From: Bdellovibrionales bacterium
GTDB taxonomy: Bacteria; Bdellovibrionota; Bdellovibrionia; Bdellovibrionales; CAYMLA01
Direction of reading: 5' to 3'
Length of the DNA: 64,000 nt
Assembly: GCA_965217115.1 (NCBI GenBank)
Contig: OZ244239.1
Span: forward strand, 128,001-192,000
A program made the position numbers and the translations under genes. Of the stretch, positions 29,414-39,325 are shown piece after piece. The first letter of the stretch is position 1. Each line of letters opens with the position of its first letter. Below the pieces are notes generated by a model. The model did no database searches, was not told the DNA's origin, and saw nothing but the letters and a program-made list of their open reading frames with translations.

Positions 29414-30688
29414 TTAGATTTTGGAAACTCGACGCAATAGAACTAAGCCAATGATGAAAAGAACTATTAATGACAAAATAGAGAGACGTTCATTACCAGT
29501 GATAGCAGCAACCCAGCCCACTAATAAGGGGCCAAATATGGCCGATGTTTTTCCTACCATATTAAAGAAACCAAAATATTCTCCCGTTTGTTTTGCAGGA
29601 ACAAAGGACGCCATATAAGAGCGACTCAGAGATTGAACACCACCTTGGACGACCCCGATAATCATGGCCATAGCTATGAATTCTGTGACAGAGGACATAA
29701 AAAAAGCCCAGATTGTGACGATCGCGTAAACAATAATACAGGTGTAGAGACCCAGTACGGGGCCTTTCTTTTCAGCAAATTTTCCAAATAAAATAGCTGA
29801 GGGAAAACCAATGAACTGCGTGAGTAGGAGAGCCATAACTAGATTTTTTGTGTCAAAACCAAGGGCCTTACCGTAGTTAACGGACATTTTCATAACTGTA
29901 TAAACACCATCAATATAGAAAAAATAGGCAATAAGTAAGTAGAAGAGTTTCTTCTGTTGTGAGCGAATTTCTTTAGCCGTTTTAGTGAGACGACTAAAGG
30001 CTTTAACAACGCCCTGGAACAAACTCGGAGAGCCCTGTTCCTCCTGTGGCTCTTCAACAAAGAGAAGAATTGGGATAGAAAACACAGCCCACCATACAGC
30101 GACGGAAAGAAAAGCCCATAAAACAGCTTCCTCTGTGGATGTAGCACCAATCCATTGAGGATTTTCAATGAGTAGACTGTGAAAAGCCAAAAGAAGACCA
30201 CCACTGAGATAGCCCAGCCCAAAACCAAATCCTGAGACGAGATCAATCTTATTTTTAGGGGCAACAGAGGGGAGAAGAGAATCGTAAAAGATATTGGCTC
30301 CAAGAAAACCGATATGTGAGAGAATAAAGGCGGCAAGAGCGATCTCCCACTGTCCCACTTGCACAAAGTAAAGGTACCCCGTAGATGTAATACCAAAGAA
30401 TGCAAAGAAAGAGAGGAGGCGTTTTTTAGCATTAAGCTGATCGGCAATAGCACCTAGAATTGGCGCCAGAAAAACAAGACAGAGACTAGCGATGCTGTTT
30501 CCTAGGCCTAAGTAATAGGTGATATCTGTGGATGAGAGACCTGAGTCTTTTGCCCAGAACTCTCTAAAGAATATGGGGAAAAAGATAACAAGGACACTGG
30601 TTGCGTAGGTCGAATTGGCCCAATCATAGAGGGCCCAAGAAAAAATAGGGCGTGATCGGAGTGAAAAATCTTTTTGTTCTGTTCCCAT
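29414..30688 (-). CDS. MFS transporter, UMF1/Atg22 family
   Basis: SWALYDWANS, PILGAIAD, FYDSLLP, GGVQSLSRS, EYFGFF..GK.SAIFGP. Confidence 0.88.
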   Translation of the reverse strand: MGTEQKDFSLRSRPIFSWALYDWANSTYATSVLVIFFPIFFREFWAKDSGLSSTDITYYLGLGNSIASLCLVFLAPILGAIADQLNAKKRLLSFFAFFGITSTGYLYFVQVGQWEIALAAFILSHIGFLGANIFYDSLLPSVAPKNKIDLVSGFGFGLGYLSGGLLLAFHSLLIENPQWIGATSTEEAVLWAFLSVAVWWAVFSIPILLFVEEPQEEQGSPSLFQGVVKAFSRLTKTAKEIRSQQKKLFYLLIAYFFYIDGVYTVMKMSVNYGKALGFDTKNLVMALLLTQFIGFPSAILFGKFAEKKGPVLGLYTCIIVYAIVTIWAFFMSSVTEFIAMAMIIGVVQGGVQSLSRSYMASFVPAKQTGEYFGFFNMVGKTSAIFGPLLVGWVAAITGNERLSILSLIVLFIIGLVLLRRVSKI

Positions 30689-30875
30689 GGGCCTACTGTG
30701 AATGGTGATCTAGAAAAATGCAAGTTTTATGGCTGTATTCTTTTAATAACGAGCACGGGGCAGGTAATATCCATGACTGACATAGACATTATATATTTAA
30801 ATGTTCTCTATGGAGCAGAATTCCTGTAGGATGATGCTCGTGACTCGATGGAAAATCAATTCTTAGGAGGAATAT

Positions 30876-33314
30876 TTGGAGTACATACAGGGCCTCTTCT
30901 TTAATAGTGATTACTATTTTCATTATGGCTGTGAAATCATTTTAGCGATATTGATAGCGACATTGATAGCGGGATATATCGGAGCACCGTTTTATATTTG
31001 GACATTGATCTTGGGAATCACTTTATTGAGTGTGGGGGCGCCTTTTTGGGCCCTGATTATTTTTCTTTTAATAGCCATTGTTTTTAATATTAAACCTTTA
31101 CGTGCAGTTTTAGTTTCATCTAGCTTGTTGAAGGTGATGAAAAAAATTGTTCCTCGAATTTCTGACACGGAGAGAATTGCATTGGATGCAGGTGCCGTTT
31201 GGGTGGAGGCGGAATTGTTTTCAGGCCATCCAAATTTCCCTAAAATGCTATCTGAGCCCTATGGTCAACTGACTGAAGAAGAGAGAGATTTTCTTGAAGG
31301 ACCTGTTAATAAGCTCTGTGGAATGGTGAATGATTGGGAACTCTGGCAAAAAAAAGAAATTCCGCAACAGGTTTGGGATTACATGAGAAATGAGAAATTC
31401 TTTGGTATGATTATTCCCAAAGAATACGGAGGTTTGGGATTCTCAGCAATGTGTCACAGTGAGGTGATTCAGACACTGGCTTCTCGAAGTGCAGCGACCT
31501 GTATTACGGTGATGGTTCCTAATTCACTGGGCCCTGCAGAGCTATTAAGCCACTATGGGACTGATAAGCAAAAAAAGCATTGGCTTCCCCGTTTAGCGAC
31601 AGGAGAAGAAATGCCCTGCTTTGCTCTTACAGAGCCTGAGGCCGGTAGTGACGCTGGTTCTATGCAATCCTATGGAATTGTTTTTAGAGACGACGATGGT
31701 GAATTAAAGATTCGTCTGTATTGGGAAAAACGTTATATCACATTGGCGGCGGTTGCCACTGTCCTGGGAATGGCCTTTCGTTTACGCGATCCAGATAATT
31801 TATTAGGTCAGGGTGAAGAGAGGGGAATTACTTGTGCGTTGATTTCTGCAGAAGCAGAAGGTGTTGTCTTAGGTCGTCGCCATGATCCGCTGGGTGTCCC
31901 CTTTTATAATTGCCCCACAAAAGGGGATGGTGTTGTTATTTCAGTGAACGATATCATTGGCGGTGTCGAAATGGCTGGCCAGGGTTGGATGATGTTAATG
32001 GAGTCTTTAGCAGCTGGTCGTGGAATATCATTACCCAGTCAGAGTACAGGTTCACTGAAATTAGCAACTCGTGTGACGAGTAATTACGGAGTGATTCGCC
32101 GACAGTTTGGTCTCTCTATCGGGAAATTTGAAGGGATTGAAGAGCCTATGGCTCGTATTGCAGGCTTTAATTATATGCTGGATGCTATGCGATGTTTTAC
32201 CTGTGGCGCTATTGATAAAGGAGTTAAGCCACCTGTCATCACCGCTATTGCAAAATTGAATTCCACAGAGATATTTCGTCGATGTATCAATGATGCCCTG
32301 GATATCGTTGGTGGAGCAGGTATCTCCTTAGGGCGGCGTAACTTATTGGGCCATAGTTACATAGCAGCCCCCATTGGTATTACGGTTGAGGGTGCTAATA
32401 TTCTTACTCGAACATTGATTATTTTTGGGCAAGGTGCTTTGCGTGCCCATCCCTATGCCTATCAAGAGGTCTCAGCGATTGAAAAAGGTGATTTAAAAGC
32501 TTTTGATAGAGCCTTTTGGGGGCATGTTGGTCATGTGATTAAAAATAGTTTTCGTTCAGTGATTTTGAGTTTAACCCGTGGCTGTATAGCAAGGAGTCCT
32601 GTGAGTGGAGAGCTTGCCCGGTATTATCGTAAGTTGGCCTGGGCTTCGGCATCTTTTGCTATTATGAGTGATATCGCAATGGGGTCTCTGGGAGGAGCCT
32701 TAAAGCTAAAAGAAAAATTAACGGGGCGTTTTGCTGATATTTTATCCCACATGTACATGGGATTTGCCACTTTAAAAAGATATGAAGAAGAGGGACAACG
32801 TAAAGAGGATCTCCCTTTTGTTCATTACACTCTTCAATACAACTTCTCTGAAATACAAAAAAGTTTTGAAGGGGTTTTTGAGAATCTCTCTGTCCCTGGG
32901 CTGACTTGGTTGTTTCGAGGGCCCATCCTTTTTTGGGCAAGATTGAATCGTTTTTCCTCTCTGCCTTCAGATAAGTTGAGTCACAAGATAGCTTCTATAG
33001 TGCAAAAGGACAGTGATCAACGGGATCATATGACCAAAGGACTTTATCTACCGAAAGACCCTGAGGAAGCTATGGGCCGATTGGAAAAAGCGTTTAAATT
33101 AATTCATAAAACAGCGGCCACAGAGAAAAAAGTGAAAAAAGCCATTCGTTCTAAACAGCTGCCTAAAACCAAGCGCATTGGAGATATTTTAGATGAGGCC
33201 AAGAACAAATCAATAGTGACAGACCAAGAGTACAATGATCTTAAGGAAGTGATTGCTATTCGTAGGGACGCTATTGAGGTGGATAGTTATACACTTGAGG
33301 AGTATTTGAATTGA
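30876..33314 (+). CDS. fadE: Acyl-CoA dehydrogenase FadE (long form)
   Basis: VMVPNSLGPAELL, CFALTEPEAGSDA, GRGISLP, R.QFGLSIGKFEG, ITVEGANILTR; GGAGG RBS before TTG. Confidence 0.93.
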   Translation: MEYIQGLFFNSDYYFHYGCEIILAILIATLIAGYIGAPFYIWTLILGITLLSVGAPFWALIIFLLIAIVFNIKPLRAVLVSSSLLKVMKKIVPRISDTERIALDAGAVWVEAELFSGHPNFPKMLSEPYGQLTEEERDFLEGPVNKLCGMVNDWELWQKKEIPQQVWDYMRNEKFFGMIIPKEYGGLGFSAMCHSEVIQTLASRSAATCITVMVPNSLGPAELLSHYGTDKQKKHWLPRLATGEEMPCFALTEPEAGSDAGSMQSYGIVFRDDDGELKIRLYWEKRYITLAAVATVLGMAFRLRDPDNLLGQGEERGITCALISAEAEGVVLGRRHDPLGVPFYNCPTKGDGVVISVNDIIGGVEMAGQGWMMLMESLAAGRGISLPSQSTGSLKLATRVTSNYGVIRRQFGLSIGKFEGIEEPMARIAGFNYMLDAMRCFTCGAIDKGVKPPVITAIAKLNSTEIFRRCINDALDIVGGAGISLGRRNLLGHSYIAAPIGITVEGANILTRTLIIFGQGALRAHPYAYQEVSAIEKGDLKAFDRAFWGHVGHVIKNSFRSVILSLTRGCIARSPVSGELARYYRKLAWASASFAIMSDIAMGSLGGALKLKEKLTGRFADILSHMYMGFATLKRYEEEGQRKEDLPFVHYTLQYNFSEIQKSFEGVFENLSVPGLTWLFRGPILFWARLNRFSSLPSDKLSHKIASIVQKDSDQRDHMTKGLYLPKDPEEAMGRLEKAFKLIHKTAATEKKVKKAIRSKQLPKTKRIGDILDEAKNKSIVTDQEYNDLKEVIAIRRDAIEVDSYTLEEYLN

Positions 33315-33317
33315 CCT

Positions 33318-33412
33318 GGTCAGTAGAATTTTGCTCAGTAGAATTTTGCTCAGCAGGATTTTGATCAGTAGGATTTTAATCAGTGAAAAATCTTGGTCAG
33401 TAGAATCTTGGA
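33318..33412. repeat. Degenerate 15-bp tandem repeat (~6 units, consensus TCAGTAGAATTTTGC) between convergent fadE and ferredoxin genes
   Basis: ggtcagtagaatttt gctcagtagaatttt gctcagcaggatttt gatcagtaggatttt aatcagtgaaaaatctt ggtcagtagaatctt. Confidence 0.85.
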
Positions 33413-33438
33413 CAAGTGAGAATCAGGATTTAAGAGAT

Positions 33439-33726
33439 TCATTCGTTTTCAAAACACAGAGTAAGATTTGCTGTTTGTGGGTGTGCTTGGCAGGAGAGAA
33501 CCTCTCCTGAAGCGACCTCCTCTTGCGACAGGGCGTCATGGATGTCCATCGTGACTTCTCCCTGTTCAATTTTACACTGGCAAGCGTTGCAGGAGCCTGA
33601 CATACAGGAGTAGGGCAGGTCTACGTCCTGTCTCAAGGCAGCCTCTAAGACAGTTTCATCAGGTTTAACTTCTATCTCATGTGTTTCGCCATAAATTTTG
33701 ACGATGACTTTTAGAATCTCATCCAT
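33439..33726 (-). CDS. 2Fe-2S ferredoxin (plant-type)
   Basis: PYSCMSGSCNAC ... LSCQ motif. Confidence 0.92.
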   Translation of the reverse strand: MDEILKVIVKIYGETHEIEVKPDETVLEAALRQDVDLPYSCMSGSCNACQCKIEQGEVTMDIHDALSQEEVASGEVLSCQAHPQTANLTLCFENE

Positions 33727-33837
33727 GGAATTTCTCCTATGGGCACGATTATAGTAGAGAAGAAAGAAAAGTCAAGACGGGGCTTTTTTATAAAAATTAA
33801 AGACATTTTCTTTAATGGAAGTCTATAATGATAAGCT

Positions 33838-36006
33838 ATGTTAGATCATCGCATGAAGCTGCACTTAAGTGAGTCTCTAGAATATTTTAAAGAATTCTTT
33901 GTTGGGATTTTTAAAATAAATCTCATCTTATTATTTTTCTTCACGCTAGTTAGAGGGTGCTTTTTCCTCTCCTATGCACAATGGGATCAACTTAAGAATT
34001 ACGGCCTAGATGTTATCCATGCTTTTCTTTTAGGGATTCGTTTTGACCTTGTGGTTGTGGCCTATGCCAATGCATTGCCATTTTTGGTATTACTCTTTTT
34101 GCCATTTTTTGCAAATAACTCTCTATGGAAAAAATTTCGAAATGGGTTAATCCTCTATTACATTTCTATTGTGATATTCTATGGTTTTATTGCAGGAGTG
34201 GATTATGGTTATTACAGTTATTTTCAAGATCATTTAAATATTATTCTTTTTGGTTTTTTGGATGATGATACGTTGGCCCTAGTTAAGACATTCTGGCAGA
34301 ATTACCCAGTGGTCTTTTTAATCTTAGGATATGGGATTTTTGTATATTCCTTCTCTAAATTGATAGCAAATATTTTTTCACACATAAACTTAGAGGTGAA
34401 CTACTGTTTGCCCCGTAAGAGATCTGGGTTATGGAAGAAGGCTTTGCTATTGCCGTTAGTCTTTAGCGTCAACTCTCTTGTTGCCCGTGGGACTTTAGCT
34501 CTGTTTCCATTAACGGTCAGTGACGCGACTATATCGACCAATGGTTTTGTTAATAAACTAAGTATAAATGGGGTTATGAGTTTCTATAATGCAGTTAAAG
34601 AGAGGCGGAAGCAAAATCATTTTAGCGTGAGCAATATCGAGGCCTTTGGTTATAGTGATGATATTCGGAGAGCATTTCGAGACTATTTAGGTAGAGAGGA
34701 ATTCAAAGTTAAATTCGAGGGAGAGTCATTCAATAAGAGCGATCTCCTATCGTCTTTATTAAGGACAACAACTCAGAAAAAAAGCATGGCTGAGTCTCCA
34801 GTTCATGTGATTGTTATAGTGATGGAGAGTTTTGGTAGTTACTGGTTGAATTTCCATGACTCAAAAACTTTTGATCTCTTAGGGGATTTAGAGAAACATT
34901 TCAAAGAAGATCTCCTATTTACAAATTTCCTCTCTAGTCATGTAGGAACTTTGGGGTCATTAACATCCTTGGTTTCAGGTTTACCACGCCGACCTTATGG
35001 GGCCTTTCTCCCAGAGAGTGAATTTGTTGATATTCCACTACAGACGGCAACGGCTAAACCATTTAAAGAAAAGGGCTACCATCGCCTTTTTGTCTATGGT
35101 GGCAATATCGGTTGGAGGAACATTAATAAATTCCTACCTAAACAGGATTTCGAAACTATTGAAGGTGATAGGGTTATAAAAGAATTTCTAGCAAAAGATG
35201 ATCGTAATTTAGAAAAGGAAGATGCATGGGGCGTCTACGATGAGTTCTTTTTTAAATATCTCTACAAACGGTTAGAAAAGGCAGATAGGCCTATGTTTAT
35301 TATGGCTTTGAGCACAACAAACCACCCTCCCTATGCATTGCCTGAACATTATCATCGACCGGAGCAAAGAATACCAGAAAAATTAATGAAGCGTTTGATT
35401 GTTAACAAGGATTTAGTGAAAGGTCGTTTTCAGTCCTATCGTTATAGCAATCATTTTTTAGGAAAATTCATCAGCTCTATTAAGAATTCTCCTCTAGGAG
35501 AAAAAACGATCATTGCCGTGACTGGAGACCATGGATTTAATATCATTAATTTTTCTGATGAGGAGTTACTTGAAAAGTATGGTGTTCCTCTCTATCTGTA
35601 TATTCCACCCTCGTTACGTCCTGAAAACGTTAATACTCGTGTTTTTGGTTCCCATAAAGATATTGCACCCACGTTATTTAATTTAGCCCTGTCTGAGCAA
35701 GATTATTTCAGTGTGGGAAGTGATCTTTTAAATAAAGATGATGAACACTTCTCCGTGAATGCGAACTTTGTGACTTTGAATCAATTAGGTGGTGTAAAAT
35801 TATCCAATAATTCTCAAATATCTCTCTATAGTCGAAATGGGAAAACGCTACAGAGAATAGATCCTAATTTGACCACAGCGGAATCAAAAGAGCAGGTTTT
35901 AGAATTGGAAGAATTAGCTAAAAAATATCGAGCTATCATGAGTGTAACAGATCGTGTTCTTTGGGAAGAGAGGCGAAAATACGGAAAAACAATAAGAAAA
36001 AAATAA
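33838..36006 (+). CDS. LTA-synthase-family / sulfatase-like membrane phosphoglycerol transferase
   Basis: N-terminal TM helices with GIRFD; VIVMESF, WGVYD, TTNHPPY, TGDHG, DIAPT. Confidence 0.85.
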   Translation: MLDHRMKLHLSESLEYFKEFFVGIFKINLILLFFFTLVRGCFFLSYAQWDQLKNYGLDVIHAFLLGIRFDLVVVAYANALPFLVLLFLPFFANNSLWKKFRNGLILYYISIVIFYGFIAGVDYGYYSYFQDHLNIILFGFLDDDTLALVKTFWQNYPVVFLILGYGIFVYSFSKLIANIFSHINLEVNYCLPRKRSGLWKKALLLPLVFSVNSLVARGTLALFPLTVSDATISTNGFVNKLSINGVMSFYNAVKERRKQNHFSVSNIEAFGYSDDIRRAFRDYLGREEFKVKFEGESFNKSDLLSSLLRTTTQKKSMAESPVHVIVIVMESFGSYWLNFHDSKTFDLLGDLEKHFKEDLLFTNFLSSHVGTLGSLTSLVSGLPRRPYGAFLPESEFVDIPLQTATAKPFKEKGYHRLFVYGGNIGWRNINKFLPKQDFETIEGDRVIKEFLAKDDRNLEKEDAWGVYDEFFFKYLYKRLEKADRPMFIMALSTTNHPPYALPEHYHRPEQRIPEKLMKRLIVNKDLVKGRFQSYRYSNHFLGKFISSIKNSPLGEKTIIAVTGDHGFNIINFSDEELLEKYGVPLYLYIPPSLRPENVNTRVFGSHKDIAPTLFNLALSEQDYFSVGSDLLNKDDEHFSVNANFVTLNQLGGVKLSNNSQISLYSRNGKTLQRIDPNLTTAESKEQVLELEELAKKYRAIMSVTDRVLWEERRKYGKTIRKK

Positions 36007-36016
36007 GGGGGTTAAT

Positions 36017-36532
36017 GTGGGATTTTGGGGAAAGCTACTTGGAAGTAATAAATCTGGAGAAGGGGAGTCAGAAAAACACACTGGCACTATAGAGGAAATG
36101 TCAGCTATTTTAGATGATATGGATAGCATTGAAGCCCAGAAACTAGCGGGGTTAGCCTACTTGATGGCACGTGTGGCCCATAGTGATTTGGATATAGATA
36201 CTGAAGAGTTAAAAAAAATTGCTGAGATCGTTAAAGAATTTACTGATTTGTCAGATGAAAAAACAGAGAAATTGGTTCAGTTAGCCAGGAGACGTAACGA
36301 GCTTTTAGGAACGGAGGGTTTTGTGATTTCCCGTCATTTACGGAAAATTTCCAGTGGAGAGGAATTAACGAAAGTATTACACTGCCTCTTCGCTGTGGCT
36401 GGGGCCGATGACTCTATTAGTGCCGAAGAGGAAGCATCTCTACGGCAAATATCCAGTGAATTGGGATTTAGCTCTAATCAGTTTGTAATGATTCGTTCTA
36501 AATACAGAGACAAACGTGATGTCCTTAAATAA
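36017..36532 (+). CDS. TerB-family (tellurite resistance-like) protein
   Basis: Two TerB-like motifs: ARVAHSDLDI..EE and AVAGADDSIS.EE. Confidence 0.8.
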   Translation: MGFWGKLLGSNKSGEGESEKHTGTIEEMSAILDDMDSIEAQKLAGLAYLMARVAHSDLDIDTEELKKIAEIVKEFTDLSDEKTEKLVQLARRRNELLGTEGFVISRHLRKISSGEELTKVLHCLFAVAGADDSISAEEEASLRQISSELGFSSNQFVMIRSKYRDKRDVLK

Positions 36533-36537
36533 GGGCA

Positions 36538-37167
36538 CTAAGCTTTTCTGAGTGCATAGTACTCGGTAAAGAGACCGGCATCAAATGGAAACGGGATATG
36601 CTCAATATTTGCCAGTGCCTTTATCTCTCCTGTTTCCAGACCTCCAACAGTGTCTCTTGTTAAGTAGTCTGGTACTTCCAAGCGTTGATTTTGAGCTGCT
36701 TGCATATAAACTTGGTTTTCATAGGCTTTAGGTATGAGTGTAACTTTGTCACCTATTTTGAGGACGGCAGATCCGATATCACATTTCTTACCATTGACAA
36801 GAACCTTACCGTGACTCACAAGTTGACGGGCGGCTGCGATACTTGAAGCAAAGCAAAGACGAAAAACAATATTATCTAAGCGTCTCTCTAGGCGACTAAT
36901 TAATGTTTCAACCCAATTATTCTGTGCTGAACCCTGTTTAGAATCGCGAATAAAACGGCGGAGCTGTTTTTCTCTAATACCGTAGTGGAACATCACTTTT
37001 TGTTTTTCTTCTAAGTGAAGAGCATACTCTGAATATTTACGTCTCTTATTTCCGTGTTCTCCAGGTGGGTAAGGTTTACGAGCTAGCGCACCAGGTTTGC
37101 CTAGACCGGGAAGTTCAGTATTGAGACGACGCTGAATTTTAAAACGAGTTTTTTCTGATTTAGCCAT
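36538..37167 (-). CDS. rpsD: 30S ribosomal protein S4, stand-alone form lacking the Zn-ribbon cysteines
   Basis: YPPGEHG, SEY..LEEKQK, YGIREKQL, LERRLDNIVFR, ARQLVSHG, EYY. Confidence 0.95.
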   Translation of the reverse strand: MAKSEKTRFKIQRRLNTELPGLGKPGALARKPYPPGEHGNKRRKYSEYALHLEEKQKVMFHYGIREKQLRRFIRDSKQGSAQNNWVETLISRLERRLDNIVFRLCFASSIAAARQLVSHGKVLVNGKKCDIGSAVLKIGDKVTLIPKAYENQVYMQAAQNQRLEVPDYLTRDTVGGLETGEIKALANIEHIPFPFDAGLFTEYYALRKA

Positions 37168-37364
37168 GTTTTCTCCTTCTTGTTAATCACCCTGATCGAT
37201 CTAGTGGCTGAACAACATCATTAAGCCTTGATAGCCTTGATGCTCTTACTTCTCCAGTGTCAGGACTGATGTGAAAATGCTCTAGAGCTTCCTTACACCA
37301 GTAGACCCGTCATTAAGGCTTTTTACCTCTATTTAGGGTCGTAATTCCCAAATTATTTTGGGCA
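37168..37364 (-). ncRNA. Candidate structured 5' leader of rpsD
   Basis: Five consecutive stems whose mismatches resolve as G-U only on the mRNA strand (see finding). Confidence 0.55.
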
Positions 37365-37370
37365 GTGAGG

Positions 37371-37399
37371 AGACTAGTCCTATATTTACTCAATATCAA
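37371..37399 (-). promoter_or_regulatory. Putative sigma70 promoter for rpsD
   Basis: Minus strand reads TTGATA-N17-TAGTCT. Confidence 0.55.
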
Positions 37400-37405
37400 G
37401 TTTAT

Positions 37406-37855
37406 TTAGATATTAATGACGACCGTAGCTGCAATGACTAATAGGGCAGCAATGATTTTCTGGCTAGAGATGCCTGTATTCTCAATAAAGAAATCCCATA
37501 AAAGGCTCGTGATCATTTGGGCACAGACCACGGCAATAAAAACCTTGAGTGCTCCCATAGACTCAATAGAGATGGGTAATCCGAAGACAATAACAAAGCC
37601 AAAAACACCAGGGAGGATGTACCACCACCTAAGCTCTTGCCCCCTGTGAGTTTCATGGAGAAATTCTGGCAAAATCCCCCCGTGAAATCTGGCAATATAG
37701 AAATAGAGAGCCGTGCAAATGAAAAATACAATTCCATTAAAGAACAAAACCTCAGAGATTGCCCAATCACGAGCTATTTGCTTATTAAAAGTACCCTGCA
37801 TAACTGTGGCGATACCCACAGCCAGAGGGAATAAGAGTAACCAAGAGCTTTGCAT
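37406..37855 (-). CDS. DMT-superfamily small transporter (YdcZ/DUF606-like)
   Basis: Five TM helices; QG..N, WWYILPG.FG, Q...SL..D. Confidence 0.75.
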   Translation of the reverse strand: MQSSWLLLFPLAVGIATVMQGTFNKQIARDWAISEVLFFNGIVFFICTALYFYIARFHGGILPEFLHETHRGQELRWWYILPGVFGFVIVFGLPISIESMGALKVFIAVVCAQMITSLLWDFFIENTGISSQKIIAALLVIAATVVINI

Positions 37856-37893
37856 GTCCCCAAGCTACAGAGTTTTATGGAGAAATGCAAAGA

Positions 37894-39141
37894 CTATGGT
37901 TTTGATTGTAAATAAGTCATTCCGAGGGCTAGGCTCACAGTAGCATACACTATGAGTAACAAATAGACAGAAGCTCTATAACCAATGTTGTCCGCCATGG
38001 TGCCTATGGGGAAACTCATGAGAGGACCGAGGCTTGTAAAACCCATGGCAATGAGTGAACTTATTCGACCCCGAAAACTCTCTCTAACAGTCATGTGTAT
38101 AGAAAGGGTGAGAGAGGCAAAACAGAGGTAAGAAAAAAGCCCCATAAAAAACAAGACAATAGTCGTTAGCATTTTTGAATCTAAACTCACTAAGGCGCTT
38201 AGTGATATAATGAGTAAGGGGATAGAAAAAATAAGATTTCGGTAGGGTTTTTTAGGCTGCGCAAAAGTCATAATAAAAGCTCCAACCATTGAGCCCGCGG
38301 CGGGGCTAGCAAAGAGTAGACCAAATCCTCCTGCGTCTAGCTGGAATTTTTTCTTCAAGTAGGTTCTCAAAATAACGACTGAGATCGGTATTATAATAAG
38401 AACTGTTGCTAAGAGCTGTAGCATAAAGAAGCGGATTTGATGGTCTGCACGAAAATAATTCCTGAGATTCCTTAATAATTTTCGTAAATTCATCTGTGTT
38501 TTTGGTTTTCTCTGTATCACGTCGGGCATGAGAGTCAGACGATAGAGCAGCAAGGCGATAATAAAATAAGATATAGCATCAAAGAAAAAAACAGAGGAGG
38601 GGCCCCATGTCGCAAGAAAAATTCCAGCCACGAGTGGCCCAAGCATTCGCGCTGAATGGAAACCAACTGAATGGAGAGTGATGGCTTGCTGGAAATGCTT
38701 TCTCTTAACCAAACGGGCAATAATTTTAGCGTTGAGGGGGAGATCAAAACAGAGAAGAGTTCCCTCCAGAGCAGCGTACATGATTAAAAACCACAATTGA
38801 ATTTGTGTGAGTTCTAGAGTCAGGGCTAGAGAGAAAGCAAGAAGAGAGAAGAAGATTTTTGTAATAACAATCACTTTTTGAACTTGTACACGATCTGCAA
38901 GCGCCCCTCCGTAGAAGTACAAGAAAAGTCCAGGCAGTGCGCCAGCCATCATAACAAAGCCCAAAGTTCCCGCTTTGCCCATCATTTCAATAACAATCCA
39001 TGAACGTGCCAAATCAGAGGCCCAGTTTCCTATGAGTGACCAGGTTTGAGCGCCATAAAAAATATTAAAATTCCGATAACGAAAGGGGCTAAAGCGTGTC
39101 AGAGAGAATCTTTGTAGGGACTTGCTAGGGATTTGAGGCAT
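37894..39141 (-). CDS. MFS transporter (DHA3/MFS_3-like)
   Basis: FRYRNF....AQ..S.IG.W, GGALADR, ARMLGP..AG, RGRI; about 12 TM helices. Confidence 0.85.
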   Translation of the reverse strand: MPQIPSKSLQRFSLTRFSPFRYRNFNIFYGAQTWSLIGNWASDLARSWIVIEMMGKAGTLGFVMMAGALPGLFLYFYGGALADRVQVQKVIVITKIFFSLLAFSLALTLELTQIQLWFLIMYAALEGTLLCFDLPLNAKIIARLVKRKHFQQAITLHSVGFHSARMLGPLVAGIFLATWGPSSVFFFDAISYFIIALLLYRLTLMPDVIQRKPKTQMNLRKLLRNLRNYFRADHQIRFFMLQLLATVLIIIPISVVILRTYLKKKFQLDAGGFGLLFASPAAGSMVGAFIMTFAQPKKPYRNLIFSIPLLIISLSALVSLDSKMLTTIVLFFMGLFSYLCFASLTLSIHMTVRESFRGRISSLIAMGFTSLGPLMSFPIGTMADNIGYRASVYLLLIVYATVSLALGMTYLQSKP

Positions 39142-39325
39142 TGTGGCATTATGGAGGGGTTTTTGGTAGAAAACAATAAATAACTATTTTAATCATTCAG
39201 GCGATTTTTTAATTTTTTTAATTCTATTGAGTGACTTGTATCGCTCTTATTCGTTGTTTTTGCTTATTGATAGGGTTAATCTGTTGTTCATAAAGATGAC
39301 TGACACTTAAATAGAAGGCGAGAAA

